From: Eledone cirrhosa
Taxonomy: Eukaryota
Length of the DNA: 64,000 nucleotides
NCBI GenBank assembly: GCA_964016885.1
Contig: CAXHJY010001064.1
Span: 1 to 64,000, forward strand
Reading direction: 5' to 3'
In this document: one piece after another, positions 41,641 through 54,915 of the stretch
Numbering within the stretch: the first letter of the stretch is position 1
Layout: each line of letters begins with the position of its first letter
Translations under genes and position numbers: made by a program
Notes under the pieces: generated by a model
Told to the model about the DNA's origin: nothing
What the model saw: only the letters and a program-made list of their open reading frames with translations
Databases searched by the model: none

Positions 41641-42069
41641 AATGAAAGCACCAGCCAAGTAATGAAGAGGAGACACATTTCATTGACTTTCCACTCTTCC
41701 TACCTCACTCCCAAAAAAGGATCTGTCACCATGTTCTTAAGCTAGGTCCTATTAACCCTATTGTGACCATATTTCTAATGAAATACACTCTATTTCAATT
41801 AATTAATGAAGAAGTTTAACAGATATACTAAAATAAGTAATTATTTCAATATTAAGATAATAAATAACTTAATATATAGCTCTTATATGTCAGAAGATTT
41901 TAATTTAAAATGAGATGACCCCCTCCCCACCACCACCACGAATAAGTGATAAAAAAAAAAAGAAGAGAAGTTTTGCTTCATAAAACCAGAGCCAGTTTGT
42001 GCTGGGCTGGGCTGGTATCAAATGAGTTAATACATAATTTTTTTTTTTTAAATCATAAATGTGCTAATC

Positions 42070-42270
42070 TGAGGGTCGGCTGAAAAGTTCATAGGCTGAC
42101 TATGAAGGAATTATGCTAGAGCTGTGAAATCTTGCATGCATTAATTTTAACTCTTCTTATTAATAAATGTATTGTTCCTTTCCAGGGGCTATGTTGAAAA
42201 ATCAACCTCATTTGGTCATTCCATGAGAGTATCTTGGTCAGCCTATGAACATTTCAGCCGACTCTCCTCA
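42070..42270. mobile_element. Mariner-type MITE
   Basis: gagggtcggctgaaaagttcataggctgac...gtcagcctatgaacatttcagccgactc. Confidence 0.9.
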
Positions 42271-42977
42271 TATGTAAATGTTAAAGTTTTCTTTAAGGGT
42301 AAAATGTAAGATAGCTGTCTATATAAACAAATAATAGACTATTTACTTGGACAAAAGGGGAGATTTAATACTCACTTGTTCAGTCAATATCAATATGAAA
42401 GGCAAAAAATAAAATAAAAGGCAAAAAATAAAATAAAAGGCAAAAAGCTTTTGTAGTATTTTATGTTGAATTGTTTTCTCTTTAAATTGATTTTATGGCT
42501 GTGGAGATATTCCAGAGAAGAGGTTGTATCAAATATCTATTTTTCCATGTTGGCATAGGTTTAATTGGCAGAATCGTTTGAGCATCCAATAAAGGCCTTG
42601 TAGCAAATTGTTCTAACTCACAGTGGGATTTGAACTTTCTGGGAGGTCAACTTTGTTTTTAATACTTCTGGGATATGTACTACCAGTCAATAACTAGGAT
42701 TGATCTGTTTCCTCTTCTTCTTCCTTCTCCTCTTCCTCTTCCTCCTTCTTCTTCTCTCCCCCTCTCTCTCTCAAAATTGGCTGTTAAGCTGGAAGACAAC
42801 CATGAGGGAGCACTCACAGTTTTCCTTGCCTCCAGGAGACTAGGAGGTTTGAGTAAAATGCTAACAACTGCTTCTTAATAAAAAATGTTGCCAAATCATC
42901 GAAAGGAACAAGATAATACAGTATGTATGAGCAGACAATTGTGCTTTATGGCATGGAACAATATTAAAGGAAATACA

Positions 42978-43420
42978 TTTAACCCTTTTGTTGCTACATT
43001 TCTAATAAAAGACACTGTCTATGATATTCAAATAACTTGGAAAATAGAGGTATTTAGTAATATGACTGAATTTCTCTTTATTAACCCATTAGCATTTACA
43101 TTACATTATATTTATTATTGTATTTTTTCGTGGTAAAGGCTTTATCTCACATAATATCGAATCTATGAGATTTTGATATTATATTATTTATTTTGAGAAC
43201 AATACCTTAACATCAGTATGAGTGGCCAGTTACGGCCAATTTGAACAGAAAGAAGTGAGATAATTCTGGCTGGATACAGCCAGTTTAAATACTAAAGGGT
43301 TAAGATGGTGTTTGGAACATAAATCAACAAAGGTTCGTACATAAAATAATGATTGAAGGTTTAAAACAAACAGTTTTGTATTGTAGAACCAGGGGTGGTT
43401 TCAGCCAGTTTAATATCAAA
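42978..43420. mobile_element. piggyBac-like MITE family 1 (43081-43303) nested in a family 2 MITE
   Basis: Inner element ttaacccattagcattta...tactaaagggttaa. The outer sequence resembles 10902-11106. Confidence 0.7.
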
Positions 43421-43621
43421 TAAGAACCCCACCCCCTTATTTTTGAGTGGCCTACACTTCTTAATATGTTTTTCTCTATTACAAGTATCTTCCACTGTGA
43501 TCACATTTCCATCCTTCACATATTGTCCATTATATATCATGTCTTCACACCAGAACAGTTATCTATCTTGCTAAACAGCTGATGCCTTTAATGGGCAGCT
43601 ATTTTCTCACCTGTGTTTTGT

Positions 43622-43900
43622 TTCTGTAAAGTGGTTGTGTTAGTGCCATGCCAAAAAGCACCCAGTCCACACTATAAAGTGGTCATTTTGGTGCCAAGAT
43701 AAAAGGCACCCAGTACACAATGTAAATGTGGTTGGCATTAGGAAGGGCATCCAGCTGTAGAAAACAAGCCAGAAATGGTTCTGTATGAGCAAGACACAGT
43801 CATCTGGTCTGACTTGTTTCACAACAGGACAACCCATCTAACCCATGCTAGCATAGAAAATGCACATTAAACAGTGATAACGATGATGATGATGATGATG
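43622..43900 (+). mobile_element. RTE 3' end fragment (2-3 units and GAT tail)
   Basis: aaaagcacccagtccacactataaagtgg...taggaagggcatccagctgtagaaa...gatgatgat. Confidence 0.85.
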
Positions 43901-44130
43901 TAGATTAGCATTACACATCCAACAGCTCACTCTTACCTTATTTTATCCAACTTCCATAGATTTTCTATATTAAATTACCATGTCTCAACAATATGCCATG
44001 TCTCAACATATCAAACATGTATTTTTATATACTAGAGTTTGTTTCAACATGCTGACACATATGCGTATGTGTGTGTATGTAGATTGTACACACAAGTGTA
44101 GTGGATGTTAGATACTGTTTTCTGTAGTTT

Positions 44131-44490
44131 GTCATCACCCCTTCCTTCCTCAATCATCTCTAGTGTGTGACATCGTCACCCCTTCCTTCCTCAGTCATCT
44201 CTGGTGTGTGACATTATTACCCCTTCCTTCCTCAATCATCTCTGATGTGTGACATTATTACCCCTTCCTTCCTCAATCATCTCTGGTGTGTGACATCGTC
44301 ACCCCTTCCTTCCTTGGTCATCTCAAGTATTTGATATCATCACCCCTTCCTTCCCCAATCATCTCTAGTGTGTGACATTGTTACCCTTTCCTCTCTCAAT
44401 CATCTCTAGTGTGTGACATTGTCACCCCTTCCTTCCTCAATCATCTCTAGTGTGTGACATCGTCACCCCTTCCTCCCTCTAGTGTGTGAT
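44131..44490. repeat. 41-bp minisatellite, ~8.5 copies
   Basis: cgtcaccccttccttcctcaatcatctctagtgtgtgacat repeated. Confidence 0.95.
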
Positions 44491-46347
44491 GGAAGGATGG
44501 ACAGAAGTTGCTCAAATTTATATAAGCATGCTTCATGTTGACAGCCTTTCTTTTTAATATACGGAGAGACATATCATTTCTTAATAAGACGTGACTGTTG
44601 GACTTGCTAGAAATAACAACTAAATTTACTTTAAACCAAACCCCACAGTCTTAAAAAAGGAATTGATACATTATATAATCTAGCCCTACATATATCATGT
44701 CTGCCAAAATGTAGGATGGCCAAGAGGCTGGAACACCTTTCATCATAGGTCCACTCTATTAGAGCTGACTAGGGAATAACAACAACAAAGGAAACAGTTT
44801 TCTGAATGTGTTTCTCTCTCGCTCCCTTTCTCTCTAGAATGGACCTATGATGAACACCTTTCATCATAGGTCCACTCTATTAGAGCTGACTAGGGAACAA
44901 CAACAACAGCAGCAACAACAAAGGAAACAGTTTTCTGAATGAGTTTCTCTGTAGCTGCTATACTATCATTACAATCCTTCAACTATCTCCAGGAAGACTA
45001 ACTAGATCACCTAGACAACAGAAAATATCTACTAGATTCTGGTGTGTCAACTGACCATTTTTCATTGACTTCATTTCATTGTTGTTCCTACTTTGACTAT
45101 TTCCATACATCACATGTCCTCATTTTAATTTTGAAACAAATAGAAAAAAAGCAAAGAGCAAAAAAACAAACAAAACAAAAAAAAAAGTGTCTAGTCAGTC
45201 TGTAAGTAAACTGTTCAAGTTATACAAATATAAGGATGGCATCAGATCCTGTCTGTATTTGATACCATCAATCTTATTTTACTACTCTTTCACCACTCCA
45301 CCCCCCTCTCTACCATGTTACTCTTTATTGACATCCACCACACTATATCTCTCACTTACAATCAACCATATTTATTGTTATTCATCATCTACTATCTCTT
45401 ACCACTTCCCATCTTTATTGTTAATCTTTAATTTTTTCACACACACACACATACTCTCTCGCTATCTCTAATGCGCATTACTCTTTACTCCATTACTTTT
45501 TGTTCATATATATATCTCTCTTCCTCTTTTCTATCACTCTGTCACTCCCACATCATCCATCATGTCACTCATGTGTTTTTAATCAATATCCTTACCAGAA
45601 ATCAACATGTAGCTGTCTGCCATTGCCATTGCCACTGTCCTACGAGTCTCTTGCACCGTATCATTCTGTTTCACCCAGATTTAATATCTTATTTTTCCAT
45701 TCCTGCATGGCTAAGACAGTTTGTCAGGTCAGGTGACCAGCATCTTGCTGATATGGATCTGTATTTTGACTTGGATGCTCTTCCTAACACCAACCAGGTT
45801 ATAGTGTAGACTGGGTGCTTTTTATCATGGCACCAAAACAGCTATCTCACGGGGTGGACTGGGTGTTTTCTTGTCATGTCACCAATATGACCAGATGAGG
45901 TCTGTGGAAGAATGAGACCTACAAAGACATGGGATGAAGAGGTGAAGTCTGAACTTAGGCAGTTGAACCTCACCTCAGAGATGCCAAAAGACTATGATAA
46001 CTGGTGACATGTGGTATGAAAAATGCACTCAGGACACCCTGTAAGGTGGTTGCTTATAAGAAGGGCATCCAGCTGTAGAAACCATATCAAAAAGGATTGA
46101 AAAGACTTCAGTTGTGTCAAGAGTACAGTAACTTCTCTAGTGTTGGTGATATGATAAAATGCACCCTGTACGCTCTCCTGAATGATGGAATGTAGTTCAG
46201 TTAGATGTGGCTCAGACACATCTGAGAGATCAGTGGTTTCGATTAAGAACTGACCTAATCTGTAACGACTCATCTAATTCCCAAGCAGGGAAAATGACTG
46301 TTAAAATTATGATGATAATATATATACATCTATATATACACACATTT

Positions 46348-46387
<40 letters not shown>

Positions 46388-46399
46388 GTAGAAGTATTT

Positions 46400-47280
46400 A
46401 TCTAAGAGTAAACCTGTGTATCAAGCATTCACTGACCTGGAAAAGGCCTTTGACAGAGTATCTTGTTCCATAATCTAGAGGCTCACAGGAAAATAGGCGT
46501 AGATGAGTGGCTGTTGAGGTCTGTACAAGACATGCACAGAGATGCTGTCAGTAAGGTTAGAATTAACAATTACCTAGTTCTCAGAGTTGAATCCACAGAA
46601 AAGAAATAGCAGACATGGAAGCCTTAAAGTCAACTTAGCAAAAACTTAAATCCAAGTAAGAAAGATGAAAGAACCCTAATTCTGGCAGGGAAATAGCCAT
46701 GATAAATATGCAAAAACAGAATTGGTAGAATCTATGGGTACATGAGAGATGTAGTGAGATCTCCGGGAAGCTTTCAAAGAATGTCCACATGTGACTGATG
46801 TAGGAAAGGTTTTGGGAGCTATTACCTATGTTAGCTACAAAGGGTTTCTCCCTCAGGATGAAAAGAAAATTGTATGGTGCCTGTTTGAAAACTGCAATGA
46901 TGTATGGATGTGAGGTATGGGCCTTGAATGTAGAGGATTTATACCAGTGACCATGCTCCTACAGGTGTGTAATAGCAGTGGGCATGAATAATGAAGCAAT
47001 ATTGAACTAAAAGAAAAGTTGAGTATAAGGATTCAAGATGCAATGTACAAAAGAGAAGCCTGCACTAGTATGGTTATATGATATATATGGAAGATCACAG
47101 CTGCATAAAGTGCAAGGCACACAAAATTAATGGACACTGAAGAAAAGGTACACCAAGGAAAATTTGTGGTATGTGTTGACCTCAAAAAGGTTGACCTCAA
47201 AAAGCTGAACCTTATGAAAGAGATGAGACAAAATCGAAGTGACTGGCACTGTCATATTACAGAAGACTCACTTCCCCACA
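46400..47280 (+). pseudogene. Heavily decayed RTE RT relic
   Basis: AFTDLEKAFDRV, VSKVRINN, LKVNLAKT and KGFSLRMK, with many stops and deletions. Confidence 0.75.
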
Positions 47281-48328
47281 ACAAAGTAAGATGAAATGAG
47301 ATTGGAATTGTAGATAGTAAAAAGCATACAGGTGAAACGATATTTAGGACCCACTTCTCAGCCAATATACTCTCTTCTATCTTTTCTATCTTGCACATTT
47401 GATTTCCCCTCTCTCACCTTACTCACTCCCCCATTCACATCCCTGAATCTTCCTTCCTTGTCAGCATGGAAAGATGGACGCATCGCCATAGTGTACAGCC
47501 ATACGTTGCTTGTTGACTCTCTCACATTCAAAAGTCACCCCATTACCCAACAATTATTTTTCCTCTATTTACATCCCCAAATTCTCACTCCCTTGCCCAA
47601 ATATGCCAGCTGGTAAAACGCGTGTACCAAACATTACTCTTTAAGGCCACCCCTCTGTCGGCAAGCAATATCTAGATTAACCCCTGCTATAATTGACCGA
47701 AGATGCAACAAGCACTTAGTGTCAAAACATGGTAACGCTTGTGCCATGATAAAATGCATCCAGTCCTCTCTATCAAGTAGAAAACGCACCTTGTTTATTA
47801 TGTAATTATATATATATATATATATACATACAATGAATATGTATGAATATTATAATATATATATATATCATATACAAATGAATATATGATACAAATGAAT
47901 ATATGATAAACACTAATACAAGTATATAAGTGTTTGTATTGCAAATGACCAAGTTAGCTGGATTGAAAAATACTAATTAAATTAATACAGTTTGCCTGTC
48001 TAGATTTAAAATAATAAATCAATAAAAACAAACCCATATTAGCAAAAGCCAATATATAGTATATATAGAGTATATATCATATATGTATATTATATATATA
48101 GGTGCCCCAGCATGGCCTCAGCCGGATGGCTGGAACAGGTAAAAGAGTATTATATATATCATATATATATCTATCATATATATATATCTATATATATATA
48201 TATATATCTATATATATATATATATATCATATATATATATGTATTACATATATATATATATATATCATATATATATATATATATTACATATATATATATA
48301 TATATCATATATATATATATATATATAT

Positions 48329-50428
48329 GCTACTAAATGAGGAGAATAAATGGGAGAAAGACAGTCTCCCCCATATCGACCCAATAGAGGGACCAGCAGT
48401 GTTAGTCGAGGGGAGTATAATAAGTAAGGCAATCAAGGATATGAAGACAGGTAAGGCGGCTGGGCCTTCGGAAATAGTTGCTGAGATGCTGAAGGCATCT
48501 GGCACGGTGGGACACACCATGGTCACTCGCATAGTTAACCATGTCGTACAGAATGGGGTTGTTCCGAAGGAATGGCATAGCAGCATCATCGTTAACTGTT
48601 ATAAGGGTAAAGGAGACGCCCTAGATAGGAGTAACTATAGAGGCATTAAATTAATCGACCAGGTCATGAAGGTCACGGAAAAAGTAATAGCGCAACTAAT
48701 CAGAGAGAGAATTGACCTAGATGAAATGCAGTTCGGGTTTGTGTCAGGCAAAAGTACCACAGACGCTCTTTTCATAGTACGACAACTACAGGAGAAGTTC
48801 CTAGCTAAAGGTAAACCCCTCTACTTAGCTTTTGTCGACTTGGAGAAAGCCTTCGACAGAGTCCCCCGCTCCATTATCTGGTGGGCTCTTAGAAAACTAG
48901 GCGTTGACGAATGGCTTGTGAAGGCTATACAAGCCATGTATAAAGAAACAGTCAGCAAGGTTAGAATTAACAACGAATATAGTGAAGAGTTTAGCGTAAA
49001 AGTTGGCGTCCATCAGGGCTCTGTTCTCAGCCCCCTACTATTTATTATTGCCCTTCAGGCTATAACAGAGGAGTTCAAGACAGGCTGCCCATGGGAACTC
49101 CTATACGCAGACGACCTGACACTCATAGCGGAATCAATGGCCGAGCTAGAGAAGAAATTCCAAACATGGAAGCACGGCCTAGAGTCAAAAGGACTTAAAA
49201 TTAACCTGGCTAAGACCAAAGTTCTAGTTTGTAGGAAAGAAAACAAGGCGGCGGTCCCTTCTGGGAAATGGTCGTGCTCGGTGTGTAGGAAAGGCGTAGG
49301 TAGAAACTCCATTTTATGTCCTAAATGCAAAGTATGGGTGCATAAAAGATGTAGTGGGATCACAGGTAAGCTAACTAAGAACATAGATTTTACATGTGGC
49401 CGGTGTTCTGGTGCAATAAGTAGCAGCAAGTGCCCACAAAATACTAGCTCTTTCAATTGCGCAGAGGGTTCTATAGAAATAGTGGACAGCTTCCGTTACC
49501 TGGGCGATAAAATCAGCAGTGGGGGAGGGTGCTCTGAAAGTACTGTAGCTAGAGTCAGAACTGGTTGGAAAAAGTTCAGAGAGCTTATACCACTATTAGC
49601 TGCTAAAGGGTTCTCCCTAAAAATGAAAGGCAGGTTGTACGATGCCTGCATACGAACAGCAATGTTGCATGGCAGTGAGACCTGGGCATTGTGTGCAGAG
49701 GATATACGCAGACTAGAGAGGAACGAAGCTTGCATGCTCCGCTGGATGTGTAACAGTAATATACGTGAACGGCAAAGCATAAACGAACTAAGGAAAAAAT
49801 TAGAGATAAGAGGGATCAGATGTTGTTTACTCGAGAGAAGGCTACGTTGGTATGGACACGTGATGCGCATGAAAGTCGATAGCTGTATAACAAAGTGCAG
49901 GGCAATAAAGATAGACGGTAGCCACGGAATAGGCAGACCTAGAAAAACCTGGGACGAGCTGATAAACTCCGACCTCACACACTTACACCTCTCCAAGACA
50001 ATGTCACTGGACCGAGACCTTTGGCGGTACTCAGTAACAGAGAAGACCCGCCTTGCCAGTAGGCATCTCTAACAAAATACACCCCGTCCCGCCACCACCC
50101 CCACCCCATCCACACCACCCCGTTCTATGTAAAGTTATGTTGGTGCCGCGCCATCCAGGCCGAAACAAATGAGATCGTGTAGGTGTCACGACAAAAAAAC
50201 ACACAGTCCACGCTGTAATGTGGCCGTGTAGGCAACACGGTAAAAACCTCCCAGACCCACACTGTAAATGTGGTTGGTGTTAGGAAGGGCATCCAACTGT
50301 AGAAAACCTGCCAGACAGTCCTATGCGAGCAAGACAATCACTCTTGCCTCAAGTGGGACTACCCCCGTCCAAACCCATGCAAGCGTGGAACACGGACGTT
50401 AAACGTTGATGATGATGATGATGATGAT
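48329..50428 (+). mobile_element. 5'-truncated PHD-RTE LINE (RT frame open 48330-50072, 3' UTR, GAT tail)
   Basis: All RT motifs including YADD. The listed ORF start at 48102 merely reads through a (TA)n tract. Confidence 0.95.
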
Positions 50429-50557
50429 TACATATATATATATATATATCATATATATATATATTACATATATATATATATATATATTACATATATATAT
50501 ATATTACATATATATATATATATTACATATATATATATATATTACATATTATATATG

Positions 50558-50591
<34 letters not shown>

Positions 50592-50644
50592 CATATATAT
50601 ATATATATTACATATATATATATCATATATATATATATATATAT

Positions 50645-50679
<35 letters not shown>

Positions 50680-50682
<3 letters not shown>

Positions 50683-53600
50683 TGGGGTGGGTCTGCTAGA
50701 TTCATTGAGGGTAAAAAACGATGTTATAAGCTTTTCTGGGTGGGAAACGACGATGGGCTGGGTGGAGTAGGAATCATGGTAGCAGAAAAGTGGGCAGATA
50801 AGATAATAGACGTAAATAGAGTGAATGACAGAATAATTAAAATACGACTTGTCCTCAATAGAACTACGGTGACAGTAATATCTGCGTACGCACCCCAATC
50901 CGGACTGCCCGGCACTATAAAAGACAGATTCTATGAGACACTGATGCTAACTACCTCCCAAATATCCGACAGTGACTATATAATTATTGCAGGCGACCTA
51001 AATGGTCACGTTGGACAACATTGTGACGGCTACGTACGACGAAATCCATGGAGGCTATGGGTTTGGTACTAGAAATGAGGAAGGCTCCAGAATCCTGGAA
51101 TTCTGTGATGCAAATAACCTAACTATCTGTAACACTAACTTCAAAAAACGTGACAATCACCTGATCACCTATAGATCCGGGAAACACACAAGCCAGGTAG
51201 ATTATATCCTTACCAGAAGACGTGACAGAGTGTCTGTTGTAAACACTAAATCCCTCCCCCATGAAGAATGCACCTCGCAACATAGACTGATAATTAGCGA
51301 CCTCATAGTCAGGACAAGACGTACTCGACAGCAGAAGAGGACTATCCTCAGGAGAAAAATATGAAAGCTAAAGGACCCCACAGCCAGGAATAAATTTCAA
51401 AGCATATTACTTGATGCTTTCGACAGTAAGGAAGAACATTTAGAGTCGGACAATATAGAGGGAGAGTGGGAATTTCTGAAAGCAAACCTGCTGTTGGCGA
51501 CAGACGAAGTCTGTGGCTGGAGCAGGCCTGTAGGCAGGAGGAGAGTAACATGGTGGTGGAACAGTAAGGTGGAGGGGTCAATTAAGGCCAAAAAGCAAGC
51601 TTGGAAAGTATGGCGGGATGGGGGAAGTAGAGAAGACTATCAAGTGGCCAGGAGGGAAGCTAGGAGACAAGTGTACTTAGCAAGAAGGGAAGCTGAGGAA
51701 AGAAAGTTCAAGCATGTTCTACAACGCGATGACCAAAAACGTGAGGTGTTCAGGATTGCTAGGCAATGCGTCAAGGAAAACCGTGATATTGTCGGGGAGA
51801 AGTGTGTACTTAACGATGATGGCATACTTGCCATCACCGACGCTGATAAGAAGGTAGCTTGGAAGTGTCACTATGAAAGGCTACTAAATGAGGAGAATAA
51901 ATGGGAGAAAGACAGTCTCCCCCATATCGACCCAATAGAGGGACCAGCAGTGTTAGTCGAGGGGAGTATAATAAGTAAGGCAATCAAGGATATGAAGACA
52001 GGTAAGGCGGCTGGGCCTTCGGAAATAGTTGCTGAGATGCTGAAGGCATCTGGCACGGTGGGACACACCATGGTCACTCGCATAGTTAACCATGTCGTAC
52101 AGAATGGGGTTGTTCCGAAGGAATGGCATAGCAGCATCATCGTTAACTGTTATAAGGGTAAAGGAGACGCCCTAGATAGGAGTAACTATAGAGGCATTAA
52201 ATTAATCGACCAGGTCATGAAGGTCACGGAAAAAGTAATAGCGCAACTAATCAGAGAGAGAATTGACCTAGATGAAATGCAGTTCGGGTTTGTGTCAGGC
52301 AAAAGTACCACAGACGCTCTTTTCATAGTACGACAACTACAGGAGAAGTTCCTAGCTAAAGGTAAACCCCTCTACTTAGCTTTTGTCGACTTGGAGAAAG
52401 CCTTCGACAGAGTCCCCCGCTCCATTATCTGGTGGGCTCTTAGAAAACTAGGCGTTGACGAATGGCTTGTGAGGGCTATACAAGCCATGTATAAAGAAAC
52501 AGTCAGCAAGGTTAGAATTAACAACGAATATAGTGAAGAGTTTAGCGTAAAAGTTGGCGTCCATCAGGGCTCTGTTCTCAGCCCCCTACTATTTATTATT
52601 GCCCTTCAGGCTATAACAGAGGAGTTCAAGACATGCTGCCCATGGGAACTCCTATACGCAGACGACCTGACACTCATAGCGGAATCAATGGCCGAGCTAG
52701 AGAAGAAATTCCAAACATGGAAGCACGGCCTAGAGTCAAAAGGACTTAAAATTAACCTGGCTAAGACCAAAGTTCTAGTTTGTAGGAAAGAAAACAAGGC
52801 GGCGGTCACTTCTGGGAAATGGTCGTGCTCGGTGTGTAGGAAAGGCGTAGGTAGAAACTCCATTTTATGTCCTAAATGCAAAGTATGGGTGCATAAAAGA
52901 TGTAGTGGGATCACAGGTAAGCTAACTAAGAACATAGATTTTACATGTGGCCGGTGTTCTGGTGCAATAAGTAGCAGCAAGTGCCCACAAAATACTAGCT
53001 CTTTCAATTGCGCAGAGGGTTCTATAGAAATAGTGGACAGCTTCCGTTACCTGGGCGATAAAATCAGCAGTGGGGGAGGGTGCTCTGAAAGTACTGTAGC
53101 TAGAGTCAGAACTGGTTGGAAAAAGTTCAGAGAGCTTATACCACTATTAGCTGCTAAAGGGTTCTCCCTAAAAATGAAAGGCAGGTTGTACGATGCCTGC
53201 ATACGAACAGCAATGTTGCATGGCAGTGAGACCTGGGCATTGTGTGCAGAGGATATACGCAGACTAGAGAGGAACGAAGCTTGCATGCTCCGCTGGATGT
53301 GTAACAGTAATATACGTGAACGGCAAAGCATAAACGAACTAAGGAAAAAATTAGAGATAAGAGGGATCAGATGTTGTTTACTCGAGAGAAGGCTACGTTG
53401 GTATGGACACGTGATGCGCATGAAAGTCGATAGCTGTATAACAAAGTGCAGGGCAATAAAGATAGACGGTAGCCACGGAATAGGCAGACCTAGAAAAACC
53501 TGGGACGAGCTGATAAACTCCGACCTCACACACTTACACCTCTCCAAGACAATGTCACTGGACCGAGACCTTTGGCGGTACTCAGTAACAGAGAAGACCC

Positions 53601-53979
53601 GCCTTGCCAGTAGGCATCTCTAACAAAATACACCCCGTCCCGCCACCACCCCCACCCCATCCACACCACCCCGTTCTATGTAAAGTTATGTTGGTGCCGC
53701 GCCATCCAGGCCGAAACAAATGAGATCGTGTAGGTGTCACGACAAAAAAACACACAGTCCACGCTGTAATGTGGCCGTGTAGGCAACACGGTAAAAACCT
53801 CCCAGACCCACACTGTAAATGTGGTTGGTGTTAGGAAGGGCATCCAACTGTAGAAAACCTGCCAGACAGTCCTATGCGAGCAAGACAATCACTCTTGCCT
53901 CAAGTGGGACTACCCCCGTCCAAACCCATGCAAGCGTGGAACACGGACGTTAAACGTTGATGATGATGATGATGATGAT
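50680..53979 (+). pseudogene. Near-full-length PHD-RTE LINE (APE endonuclease and RT) with a frameshift and a nonsense codon
   Basis: GVGI, SAYAPQ, GDLNGH, DYIL and SQHR APE motifs. A 4-bp tacg duplication at ~51031 and TGA at 51362 in the likely W position of RKI[W]KLKD. RT ORF 51494-53623. Confidence 0.95.
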
Positions 53980-54108
53980 TACATATATATATATATATAT
54001 CATATATATATATATTACATATATATATATATATATATTACATATATATATATATTACATATATATATATATATTACATATATATATATATATTACATAT
54101 TATATATG

Positions 54109-54142
<34 letters not shown>

Positions 54143-54195
54143 CATATATATATATATATTACATATATATATATCATATATATATATATATATAT

Positions 54196-54230
<35 letters not shown>

Positions 54231-54233
<3 letters not shown>

Positions 54234-54915
54234 TGGGGTGGGTCTGCTAGATTCATTGAGGGTAAAAAACGATGTTATAAGCTTTTCTGGGTGGGAAACG
54301 ACGATGGGCTGGGTGGAGTAGGAATCATGGTAGCAGAAAAGTGGGCAGATAAGATAATAGACGTAAATAGAGTGAATGACAGAATAATTAAAATACGACT
54401 TGTCCTCAATAGAACTACGGTGACAGTAATATCTGCGTACGCACCCCAATCCGGACTGCCCGGCACTATAAAAGACAGATTCTATGAGACACTGATGCTA
54501 ACTACCTCCCAAATATCCGACAGTGACTATATAATTATTGCAGGCGACCTAAATGGTCACGTTGGACAACATTGTGACGGCTACGTACGACGAAATCCAT
54601 GGAGGCTATGGGTTTGGTACTAGAAATGAGGAAGGCTCCAGAATCCTGGAATTCTGTGATGCAAATAACCTAACTATCTGTAACACTAACTTCAAAAAAC
54701 GTGACAATCACCTGATCACCTATAGATCCGGGAAACACACAAGCCAGGTAGATTATATCCTTACCAGAAGACGTGACAGAGTGTCTGTTGTAAACACTAA
54801 ATCCCTCCCCCATGAAGAATGCACCTCGCAACATAGACTGATAATTAGCGACCTCATAGTCAGGACAAGACGTACTCGACAGCAGAAGAGGACTATCCTC
54901 AGGAGAAAAATATGA
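54231..54915 (+). pseudogene. Duplicated APE endonuclease segment of PHD-RTE, 3'-truncated
   Basis: Appears identical to 50680-51364, including the frameshift. Confidence 0.95.

Noticed and set aside
48102-48329. N-terminus of the 656-aa ORF
   Set aside because: Read-through of a short repeat fragment and (TA)n. Real RTE sequence starts at ~48330.
49055-49996. Antisense ORFs over the RTE copies
   Set aside because: Shadow frames of the RT coding strand.
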